A stretch of 64,000 bases of DNA from Burkholderiales bacterium (GTDB lineage Bacteria; Pseudomonadota; Gammaproteobacteria; Burkholderiales; SG8-39). Positions 27,254 to 35,162 of the stretch are shown in pieces; the stretch's first letter is position 1; each line of letters starts with the position of its first letter. Where the stretch lies: contig DATEOW010000038.1 of the NCBI GenBank assembly GCA_035273665.1, positions 324-64,323 on the forward strand. Reading direction: 5' to 3'. The translations under genes were made by a program, and so were the position numbers. The notes beneath the pieces were generated by a model that was not told the DNA's origin, made no database searches, and was given only the letters and a program-made list of their open reading frames with translations.

Positions 27254-28609
27254 ATGATGAAAACCCCGCTGTGCCTATTACAACCGCGACTTGAAACAAT
27301 GATTCACGTTGGGCAGTACACATTGGTACGCCTTTTTGTGCTTGTGTCGCTTCTATTAACCGTCGCACTTTGGCCGCCCCACCTTGCCGCCGCTAACAAG
27401 CAAGGCAGAGTCCTGGACGCGAATCCGGACAACTATCGCGCGATGTTGCGTCAACTCGAGCCGGGCGACACGCTGCGTTTGGCGGAAGGTGAATACCGCA
27501 ACGGTTTGCCGATCCATCGCCGGCAAGGCGAACCGGGCAGACCGTTGACCATCGAGGGGCCGGCACCGCCGGCAAAGGCGATTTTTGTGGGCAGACCCGG
27601 GGCGAATACCGTGAGCTTCATCGACGCCGCTTACATCGTCCTTCGCCAACTCGAGATTGATGGCCGCGGCTTGCCTGTCGACGGCATTAAAGCCGAGGGG
27701 CACGCGAATTGGACGCATCACATCGTGCTCGAAGATCTACGCATCGTCGGCCATGGGCACGATCAGCAAACTGTGGCCATATCGACGAAGTGCCCTTCTT
27801 GGGAATGGGTGGTTCGCCGCGTCACCTTCATCGAACCCGGAACAGGGATGTATTTCGGCAATTCCAATGGGGCGGCTCCTTTCGTAGCTGGGCTTATCGA
27901 GGAGAACGTCGTCATTAATCCTCGTGGTTATGCGATGCAGATCAAACATCAACATCGCAGACCGTCGTTGGACAACTTGCCGACTACGCCGCAGCAGACC
28001 CTTATTCGGACGAATCATTTCATCAAGACATCGGGCTCATCCGAGGGCCCGCTCGCTCGCCCTAGCGTGTTGATCGGCCATGCGCCGCTTGAAGGCGCGG
28101 GAAGCAACGATCTTTATCTTATCTACAACAATTTGTTTTACGACAATCCCACCGAGGCGCTTTTCCAGGGGGAAGGCAATCTCGCCCTCTACAACAATCT
28201 ATTTATCAATCCGCACGGCCCCGCGCTACGGATACAACCCCATAACCATCGGCCGCGTAGCGTTCAGGTTTTTCACAATACCGTCCTGAGCGCCGGGACG
28301 GGCATCGAGGTGTCCGGCGTGGATGCCGGTTACACGCCGACAATTGTTGCGAACGCCGTGTTCGCGGCCCGACCCTCCGCCGGCGACGCCCCCATGTTGG
28401 AAAATTTCTTCGCCGACGTCGATGCGGCCGATGCCGAACTCCGGCAGGCGAGCGGCGACTTGGAAATACTGGATCTACGGCCGCGAGTCGGCCGCTTGCT
28501 TCTCGGCGGACGTCTTCCGAGTGCCCTGATGAAATTTCCCGGCGCCGAAACAGATTTTCTCGACAGGCCGAGGCAACTTCGGGCTTACGGCGCATATGAC
28601 GGACGCTGA
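27254..28609 (+). CDS. Secreted right-handed parallel beta-helix repeat protein (candidate polysaccharide lyase/hydrolase)
   Basis: Signal-like LVRLFVLVSLLLTVALWPPHLAAA. Repeated rungs YLIYNNLFYDN, LALYNNLFINP and VQVFHNTVLSAG. Alternative start M16 at 27299. Confidence 0.7.
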   Translation: MMKTPLCLLQPRLETMIHVGQYTLVRLFVLVSLLLTVALWPPHLAAANKQGRVLDANPDNYRAMLRQLEPGDTLRLAEGEYRNGLPIHRRQGEPGRPLTIEGPAPPAKAIFVGRPGANTVSFIDAAYIVLRQLEIDGRGLPVDGIKAEGHANWTHHIVLEDLRIVGHGHDQQTVAISTKCPSWEWVVRRVTFIEPGTGMYFGNSNGAAPFVAGLIEENVVINPRGYAMQIKHQHRRPSLDNLPTTPQQTLIRTNHFIKTSGSSEGPLARPSVLIGHAPLEGAGSNDLYLIYNNLFYDNPTEALFQGEGNLALYNNLFINPHGPALRIQPHNHRPRSVQVFHNTVLSAGTGIEVSGVDAGYTPTIVANAVFAARPSAGDAPMLENFFADVDAADAELRQASGDLEILDLRPRVGRLLLGGRLPSALMKFPGAETDFLDRPRQLRAYGAYDGR

Positions 28610-30821
28610 GCATCAGAATACTGTTGCCGCAGCTACCCCGGGCGCATCGCCGGCCTTTGCCTGGATGGCCGCCGCATTCACGCTCTTCATTATTTACGGG
28701 AGCTTGGTGCCTTTCGATTATGAAGTCACCACAGAGACGGAAGCACTTGCAAAGCTGCGCGCCATGTTGCGACAGCCCATTGGTCCCGATACTTCTTCCG
28801 ACTGGGCAGCCAACGTTCTTTTATTCGTCCCCTTCGCCTTTTTTCTGGCCGGTAGCTTCAAGACGGGACATCGCTGGTCAGATTTGATCAAAGCGGTGCT
28901 GCCGATATTCGGCTTGGCATTTTTACTGGGTGGCGCCGTTGAGTATGCGCAAATCTATTTCCCCCCCCGCAACCCTTCACTCAACGATCTGCTGGCGCAA
29001 AGCGTTGGGACCGGATTAGGTTTATGCGCATGGAAATTTTGGGGACAGGCACTAGGCCTCTGGCTCGATCGTCCAAGTGCGCAGCAAGGCGGCGGATATC
29101 GATCGGTGTTCTTCGCCTATATCGCGGTGCTGGTGATCTACAGTGCGTTCCCTCTCGATCTCAGCATGAGCATGGCGGAGATATACCGTAAGTTGCGCGC
29201 CGGTAAAATCGTCTTGCTCCCATTCAGCTATACCGGCAAAGCGGGCGCAGAGCTTCTCTATGACCTTCTCACCGATGTGTTGATTTGGGTTCCACCGGCT
29301 GTGCTGGCTTGGCGCGCCTTCGGATGGACGTCTTTCCAAGTTTTCGTTCGGCTCATCGCGATGGCGATCGGTATCGAGTTGATGCAGGTCTTTATACTGA
29401 GCCGCATTGCCGACCTTACGGATGTCGTGCTCGCGGGCGCAGGCGTCTTCGCCGGGTTGCGAATAGGTTCTCGTTTTGCCCCTCGGTCCGGTGAGAACAA
29501 GTTGTCCCTGCATGTGGCAGGGTCTGCATGGTTGCCTGTTGCATCGGGTCTTCTATGGGCCGTCGTTGTCATGCTCGTGTTCTGGTACCCCTACAATTTC
29601 GTGCTGGACGCAGACCTGCTCGCACGCCGGTGGCAGGCCGTCAGCAAACTTCCATTCATCGCCTATTTTGCGAGTACGGAATACCGCGCGCTGACAGAGG
29701 CTTTGCACAAATCCATTTTTTTCGCGCCGTTTGGGTTTGCGCTTGCTTGGATAGGGCGATCCCGCAAGCGGCTATTTGTCCTGAGCGGCGTGATGGTGCT
29801 TTTTTTCGCGTGCGGAATAGAGACAGGCAAATTGGTCTTGCCCGGCCGCTCGCCGGATCTCGGCAATATCATCGTGGAAATGTTGGGCGCATTCATGGGC
29901 TACATCTTGTTGTCGCGCAGGATGCACCGCTTCGCACTGTCATCTACGTCACCACGATGGCGTTGGCACACAGAAATTGCGGTGCTCTTGGCCGCTTCTC
30001 TTACGCTCGTACTGGGATTGCTCTGGCCGAGTGCCCCGGCCTTTTTCCATGAAGCTTTGGAGTCGCCTCTCTTACTGAGTTTGGCTGTACTGCTGCTGTG
30101 GTTTTACGCGCTTGCTCGTCTCCCCTTGTTGACGTTCTTTGTGGAACGGAGCGCGCGCCAATTAGCCGCAGTAAGCGCGCTGTACTTTCTATCTGCTTTT
30201 CTTGGCGCCGCGCTTTTGGATATGGTGTTCACGTCGACTGCTTTGATCAACAGTGCGATATGGCAGGCCGTATTGCTCTGGGCCGTCGCTGGGGGTGGGC
30301 TTGGCGTCGCCCGTGCTGCCAAAGCTGTGCAGCGGCCTCACCTAACCTCGATCCTTTGGTTTGTTTCCATCCCTTTCTTATTCGGCGCACTGTATTGGAA
30401 TTTTGAAGGGCTTTCGTGGGAAAACGGCGAGGCTTTGCATTCGAGCAAAGCATGGACGGCCTTCACCTCGATGCTTGCGCTGAGCCTAATAGGAGCGGCG
30501 CCGGCATTTGTCAGTTATCGCGTCGCGTCCAAGGGCGCACACGCAATCTTCGCGGGCGTTCTCGTATGGTTATTCTTGATCGTCGTGAGCTTTTTTATTA
30601 TGCGAGCAGGACTGGCCGAGGCACTCATCATTGAGGGACGCGTTTATACCGGCCTTGAGTATTTCTTGAGTTCCGGGCCGCAGTACGCGCTCAGTCCGTC
30701 GGCCTTACTTCTACGCTATGTGTTGATATGCGGTTGCGCTACGGCGGTGATTGGATTGCTGCAATATCCGATGTGGCGCCGCAGGTTCTCGGTTCAAATA
30801 CCTTCAGGCCGATATAAATAA
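28596..30821 (+). CDS. Polytopic membrane protein with three tandem VanZ-like modules plus a ~300-aa C-terminal membrane domain
   Basis: 741 aa. Three repeats each carry an N/D-hhhF/W-h-P-h segment (NVLLFVPFAFFL, DVLIWVPPAVLA, KSIFFAPFGFAL) and an E-x2-Q/K...R-x4-D-h3-x2-G-x3-G segment (VEYAQIYFPPRNPSLNDLLAQSVGTGLG, IELMQVFILSRIADLTDVVLAGAGVFAG, IETGKLVLPGRSPDLGNIIVEMLGAFMG). Confidence 0.75.
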   Translation: MTDAEHQNTVAAATPGASPAFAWMAAAFTLFIIYGSLVPFDYEVTTETEALAKLRAMLRQPIGPDTSSDWAANVLLFVPFAFFLAGSFKTGHRWSDLIKAVLPIFGLAFLLGGAVEYAQIYFPPRNPSLNDLLAQSVGTGLGLCAWKFWGQALGLWLDRPSAQQGGGYRSVFFAYIAVLVIYSAFPLDLSMSMAEIYRKLRAGKIVLLPFSYTGKAGAELLYDLLTDVLIWVPPAVLAWRAFGWTSFQVFVRLIAMAIGIELMQVFILSRIADLTDVVLAGAGVFAGLRIGSRFAPRSGENKLSLHVAGSAWLPVASGLLWAVVVMLVFWYPYNFVLDADLLARRWQAVSKLPFIAYFASTEYRALTEALHKSIFFAPFGFALAWIGRSRKRLFVLSGVMVLFFACGIETGKLVLPGRSPDLGNIIVEMLGAFMGYILLSRRMHRFALSSTSPRWRWHTEIAVLLAASLTLVLGLLWPSAPAFFHEALESPLLLSLAVLLLWFYALARLPLLTFFVERSARQLAAVSALYFLSAFLGAALLDMVFTSTALINSAIWQAVLLWAVAGGGLGVARAAKAVQRPHLTSILWFVSIPFLFGALYWNFEGLSWENGEALHSSKAWTAFTSMLALSLIGAAPAFVSYRVASKGAHAIFAGVLVWLFLIVVSFFIMRAGLAEALIIEGRVYTGLEYFLSSGPQYALSPSALLLRYVLICGCATAVIGLLQYPMWRRRFSVQIPSGRYK

Positions 30822-33100
30822 GTCTGCCCGTCCACACTGCCCACATAGCAGAAACACTTCAATGCAGGGACCCAATGCCAGCGTTTGAAAGTTCCCGTCG
30901 CTTGGAAGTCCGGAAGTTTCTCGCCGCGCATGGTCAATTGTTTGACTTGCCACTCGCCTTGAAAAGGATCTTCGGGTACCTCTATGCGCCAAAGCACCTG
31001 CTGGCGGCCGCGACGCGCGGACGGCATGTACGCAAAGATGCATTGCAAGTCGGGACAGAACTCAAAACCACAACCGTAGGCGGCGCTTTTGGGAATTTCA
31101 TCGCCGCCCAAACGCCCGGTCTGCCACGCTCGCGGATCCTTTAAATCCAATAAGGACAGTATTGCCTCTCCGCTCGGACGATTGACCCCGAGCATCGCCC
31201 AAGTGTCCGACTTTTCGAGATAAACGCTCGTGCCCATATAGGCGGTTTCTTTCGGCGCCTTGATTTTGAGATCGGTGTGCTGGCGCGAGCGCAAATCGAG
31301 ATAACTTAGGCCGGTGGGTCGCGGTGGAGAAGGTGAGCGCCAGATTCGGTCCCGCTTGGGATCGAACACGCTTCCTTGCACTTTGCCTAGACCATGCGAT
31401 TTCGCCTTGTTGAGCGAAAAACGCGACCACTTCCCCGTATCGAGGTCCAGCACATGCGAGCGATAGGTGTCGCATACGGTGTAGACGATGGTGGAACACA
31501 CGCGCAAAAGACCGCCGCGTTTGTTGCCCATGTAGCTGGGCGGTAGCCAATGCAACGTGTCATGCGTATGCGGGGTGCCTGGCGTTCCGTCGCCATGTTC
31601 GCATTCAATGCGATCGAAACTGGGGTCTTTTTTATGACCTTTGCCATTCATGGCGGTGGTCGGTTCGCCGACACGTTCCCATTTGAGCGTATCAAAGGGA
31701 AAGGCATAAGCCTCCGTGCCGAAATAATCGCCATCGCCGCCGCCATGGACCACAAGCGCGCCGTAGGGTCCCCAACTCTCGGCGATGATGCCGGAGGTCC
31801 ACGCCTTGAGCATTCCGGCTAGTCCTCCATAGGCGAGATACACGCAATCCTTGCTCGGACATGCGCCCACGGCGCGGATATTGTTACGCGCAACACCTTT
31901 GACTTCGCCGGGGGCCGGGAGGAAATTCGCATCGACGGCTTTAGCGTGAGCCGAACCGATGAAGAACAGCGCTTGTGCTAGCGGTTTGTTGTTCCGGCTG
32001 TAATGGAAGATCGCGTCTACCGCACCCGGTCGACCCACGGTGCCGAAAGAGATGATGGCGTCGAGTGTCGGGTCGTAGCTGCTGTAGTTCAAATAGGACG
32101 CCGTGCCTTGCGGATTGCGAGGTTGCGGGGGCCCGGGATGAAGCGCGCCGCTTTCAGTGGACACGAGCACCGACTCAGGACTGCCGCCGTGTGGGCCCCA
32201 TAAAAACAATTCCCGACTTCGGCTCAAGTAGGGCATATCGATCGCCGAATACACCGGCCAAGGCAAGGTCGCGAGTAGGCGATTTTTGAAGCTGCGCAAA
32301 TCCACTTCGAATATGCGTGCGGGCTCGCGTTTGCCGCAGTCGAGAAACCACATGAGCCGGCGCTCGGGGTCTATGGCGCCTTGTCGCCATCTCGCTGCGG
32401 GCTTTGAACGCGCATCGCCATTGGAAAACCGTCGCTCGATGCTGTGGCTCGACAGATCGAGCACGCGAATCGCGGTACCTGCGCCGCCATCGTAATACGC
32501 GTAGTAGACACGGTCGTCGATCGGGTCGAGTACACCGCGCGACCCGCTCTGGCCGCCAAAAAAATCGCCTTCCCTGACTTGCCACTTGCGGTTGCCCGTG
32601 TGATCGAAGCTCATAAGCCGTTGACGCACCGGCGTGGCTGCGCCCGCTTTCCACGGCGTTTCGTATAGGGTTTCCTTGAACATGTAGCCGCCCGCCATCA
32701 GGAGGCGACCGCGTTTGGCATCTTCAACGAGGGTCACTTCATCCGGGTGACAAGGTTGCACCTCCCCCGCGGGGCCCCAATAGGGATACTCAAGGCGCCA
32801 TGCTTCGCGGCCTTCACGCTGGGCGAGGGCATCGTAGCTCCATAAGGTGTTAACCCCGCTTTCGATCGCCCAGGGGTTGCGCATGTCGCCGCCCAAGAAA
32901 TAATGGCGCCGGGTTAACGAGGCGTAGCAGACGCGTGAATGCTTATTCGGTGACGCCGGCATGCTTCGAGCGCCTTGGGGATCAAGCGCGAAGCGTTCGA
33001 CTCGCCACTCCGAATCAGGAACCCGCTCAGTGACGGCACGCGCCACGAAGGGCGAGGCAATCGACACGGCGGCTGCTTTCAGGAGTGTGCGGCGTTTCAT
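30794..33100 (-). CDS. Tat-signal secreted protein, beta-propeller-like (Kelch-type GG doublets), function unknown
   Basis: Start taken at ATG 33100 (MKRRTLLKAAAVSIASPFVARA, a twin-arginine signal). The TTG extension to 33154 is rejected. About 768 aa, beta-rich, with recurring hydrophobic-GG motifs (YFLGGD, LLMAGGY, YYDGGAG, VVHGGGDGDY). Confidence 0.75.
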   Translation of the reverse strand: MKRRTLLKAAAVSIASPFVARAVTERVPDSEWRVERFALDPQGARSMPASPNKHSRVCYASLTRRHYFLGGDMRNPWAIESGVNTLWSYDALAQREGREAWRLEYPYWGPAGEVQPCHPDEVTLVEDAKRGRLLMAGGYMFKETLYETPWKAGAATPVRQRLMSFDHTGNRKWQVREGDFFGGQSGSRGVLDPIDDRVYYAYYDGGAGTAIRVLDLSSHSIERRFSNGDARSKPAARWRQGAIDPERRLMWFLDCGKREPARIFEVDLRSFKNRLLATLPWPVYSAIDMPYLSRSRELFLWGPHGGSPESVLVSTESGALHPGPPQPRNPQGTASYLNYSSYDPTLDAIISFGTVGRPGAVDAIFHYSRNNKPLAQALFFIGSAHAKAVDANFLPAPGEVKGVARNNIRAVGACPSKDCVYLAYGGLAGMLKAWTSGIIAESWGPYGALVVHGGGDGDYFGTEAYAFPFDTLKWERVGEPTTAMNGKGHKKDPSFDRIECEHGDGTPGTPHTHDTLHWLPPSYMGNKRGGLLRVCSTIVYTVCDTYRSHVLDLDTGKWSRFSLNKAKSHGLGKVQGSVFDPKRDRIWRSPSPPRPTGLSYLDLRSRQHTDLKIKAPKETAYMGTSVYLEKSDTWAMLGVNRPSGEAILSLLDLKDPRAWQTGRLGGDEIPKSAAYGCGFEFCPDLQCIFAYMPSARRGRQQVLWRIEVPEDPFQGEWQVKQLTMRGEKLPDFQATGTFKRWHWVPALKCFCYVGSVDGQTYLYRPEGI

Positions 33101-33171
33101 GCGGGACGAAGATTTTCCATTTTTAACACTCCCGCGTGCCCAGGGGTGGTACAAAGGCGAGCCCGAGGGGT

Positions 33172-33187
33172 TGCAAGGCAGGTGCCT
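33172..33187 (-). promoter_or_regulatory. Candidate sigma54 (-24/-12) promoter for the Tat-signal propeller-like gene
   Basis: The - strand reads AGGCAC-CTGCC-TTGCA (GG-N10-GC; consensus TGGCAC-N5-TTGCW). It lies about 70 nt upstream of ATG 33100. Confidence 0.55.
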
Positions 33188-33286
33188 GTCGACATTCTTT
33201 ACAAAACGACTTCATGGCCTGTTTTGTCGGATAACAAACATAAGAAATGACTTTTCGAAACAATATGCTGCCCACCATGCGGGTCT

Positions 33287-33302
33287 TGGCATCAGCGTTG
33301 CT
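33287..33302 (+). promoter_or_regulatory. Candidate sigma54 (-24/-12) promoter for the 33358-36289 operon
   Basis: TGGCAT-CAGCG-TTGCT (GG-N10-GC). The -12 element lies about 55 nt upstream of ATG 33358. A sigma54-dependent activator (PrsR) is encoded 7 kb downstream. Confidence 0.6.
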
Positions 33303-33357
33303 TTAGACGCTCTGCAAATCGGCTCGGCCTTGTCCGAGCGAATTTAGAAAAAACATT

Positions 33358-33933
33358 ATGAGCCTGGAACGTCGACGTTTAGTGAAAGGTGCCTTGGCGG
33401 CACCCCTGATTTTGACCGTGCGCACGGCCTCCGCTGGGGGCAAGGGCGGTGGTCATCATGGGGGCGGCGGTGGAGGGGGCGGCAATGTGATGCTCAGCGT
33501 CGGGGCGTGTCTAGCGCGCGACGATGAGCGATCCAAGGGTTATGACGGTCCCAAGGCCGTCCTGTCGAAATACGAAAAAAGCGATAACTGGCTTCGCAAG
33601 AAAGTGGAAGTCTGCAAGCTCAAGTGGAACTCTTCAGGCAAGCATGACAAGCCGGACGCCGATTACGACGCAAAAGCACTCTACGTTCTAGGCCACGACA
33701 ACAAGTGGTGGAAGTTGGACGCTGCCGACAAGTGGGGGAAGAATCCCAAATACACCGGTATGTCCAAACCCCAATATTCTCGTAAATCGACCGACAGCTG
33801 GCGTTATGCGCTGGTCCAGGTCGATCCGAATAGCGGCGAAGTCGTCGGTTTCTCCTGGGAAAAAGAAGACGGGCAATTGGCGACCTGCACTTGCTGGGTT
33901 TCCTTCGTCGCCGCCAACAAAAATCGCGCTTAA
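33358..33933 (+). CDS. Tat-signal small secreted protein with Gly/His-rich mature N-terminus, unknown function
   Basis: MSLERRRLVKGALAAPLILTVRTASA has a twin-arginine motif and an ASA cleavage site. It is followed by GGKGGGHHGGGGGGGGN and then a Lys/Trp/Asp-rich domain with four Cys. No PEP-CTERM tail. Confidence 0.7.
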   Translation: MSLERRRLVKGALAAPLILTVRTASAGGKGGGHHGGGGGGGGNVMLSVGACLARDDERSKGYDGPKAVLSKYEKSDNWLRKKVEVCKLKWNSSGKHDKPDADYDAKALYVLGHDNKWWKLDAADKWGKNPKYTGMSKPQYSRKSTDSWRYALVQVDPNSGEVVGFSWEKEDGQLATCTCWVSFVAANKNRA

Positions 33934-33948
33934 GTTTCTCGTCGTTTC

Positions 33949-34248
33949 GTGGGCGAGCAACACGTATCCCAAAGATGGTCTTTGCGTTTTCCCGCTGAAA
34001 CGCAGATCTGCCATTTCGATGGCGAATCACTAGTCTTCAATCCTCTATCGTGGGAAACCCATCTTCTGAACGTCTCGGCCGCCGAGGTCGTTTCCGTTTT
34101 GTCCGAGGGACCGCAATACTTCGATATTTTGGTCGGACGTATGCGTGAAGCCGGAATGAATGTCCAGAATGGCGTATCTGTAGAGGATCAGCTTGAGGGC
34201 CTGTTAATCGAGTTGGAGAGCCTGGGCATAGCGATTCGCAGCCTATGA
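33949..34248 (+). CDS. PqqD-family peptide-binding protein (HPr-rel-A system PqqD-like chaperone type)
   Basis: 99 aa with a GTG start 15 nt after the upstream stop. FDGESLVFNPLSWETHLLNVSAAEVVSVL matches the PqqD/RRE pattern (x-h-h-F-N-x-x-x-x-x-x-x-x-LN-x-x-A-x-x-h). Confidence 0.75.
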   Translation: MGEQHVSQRWSLRFPAETQICHFDGESLVFNPLSWETHLLNVSAAEVVSVLSEGPQYFDILVGRMREAGMNVQNGVSVEDQLEGLLIELESLGIAIRSL

Positions 34249-35162
34249 GGCGACTTAACGAGTTGGCGCCCGATCAACTCCGCGGAGCGCTGCAAGCGGA
34301 AGGCATCGGACTATCTCTTGGCACGGCGCGCGTCCATATTCGCAGCGATGTACCTGCACTCGCGCCTGCATTGGCACGCGTTTATGGGCAATTCCCTGTC
34401 GAAGAGCCGAGTGGATTTTTTGATGTCGCTCCAAGACTTGAACTTGTTCGCCGTCCTGGGCAATTGTTCCGTGCGCAACTCCGCTTTTTTGTAGACGGGG
34501 AAGTGCCTTTCGAGCTTTTTCCCGGCGATACGCATTTACCTTTGTTGGAATGGGGCTTGAATTGGTGCCTTGCCGACCGTTCGAATCACAAATTGTTGCT
34601 GCATGCGGGCGTCGTAGAGAAAAACGGGCGCGCTGCGATCCTTCCAGCCTTGCCGGGATCGGGAAAGAGCACCTTGACGGCGGCCCTCAGTGCAAGAGGT
34701 TTTCGGCTTCTTTCCGATGAGTTTGGCGTGCTTGACCCGATGGATGGGACGCTGCGCGCATTGCTGCGCCCCATCGCATTAAAGAACGAATCGATTGAGG
34801 TCATCCGCCGGTTTCATCCTGACGCGGTGCTTGGTCCACGGTTCCCGAAAACGCGCAAAGGCGACGTCGCGCATATGGCGCCAGATCGCGCCAGCGTGGA
34901 TCGACGAGATGAGCCGGCAGTGCCGCATGTCGTGCTTTTTCCCGCCTACGAAGCGGGGGCGGCGACGGTGCTGGAGGAATTGCCGCCGGCACGCTGTTTC
35001 GCCAAGCTCTCCACGAATTCCTTCAACTACGAAGTACTTGGGCCCGCCGGATTTCGTGCCGTAACACGGCTTGTCGAATCTACGCGTGGCTACAGCCTTC
35101 GCTATAGCACGCTTGAGGAAGCGGTCGAGCGCGTGCAGCGCCTGTTCGAGAGCGAACGATGA
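34245..35162 (+). CDS. HPr-kinase-related P-loop kinase (HprK-related kinase A type)
   Basis: ATGA overlap with the PqqD-like gene. HAGVVEKNGRAAILPALPGSGKSTLTAALSARGFRLLSDEF parallels the HprK catalytic core (H-G-V-x-V...G-x-S-G-x-GKS...RG-x-x-L-h-x-D-D/E). Confidence 0.85.
   Translation: MRRLNELAPDQLRGALQAEGIGLSLGTARVHIRSDVPALAPALARVYGQFPVEEPSGFFDVAPRLELVRRPGQLFRAQLRFFVDGEVPFELFPGDTHLPLLEWGLNWCLADRSNHKLLLHAGVVEKNGRAAILPALPGSGKSTLTAALSARGFRLLSDEFGVLDPMDGTLRALLRPIALKNESIEVIRRFHPDAVLGPRFPKTRKGDVAHMAPDRASVDRRDEPAVPHVVLFPAYEAGAATVLEELPPARCFAKLSTNSFNYEVLGPAGFRAVTRLVESTRGYSLRYSTLEEAVERVQRLFESER

Noticed and set aside
33358-33933. Possible PEP-CTERM substrate
   Set aside because: The C-terminus ends ...CTCWVSFVAANKNRA. 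It has no PEP motif, no TM helix and no Arg cluster. The protein has a Tat signal instead.
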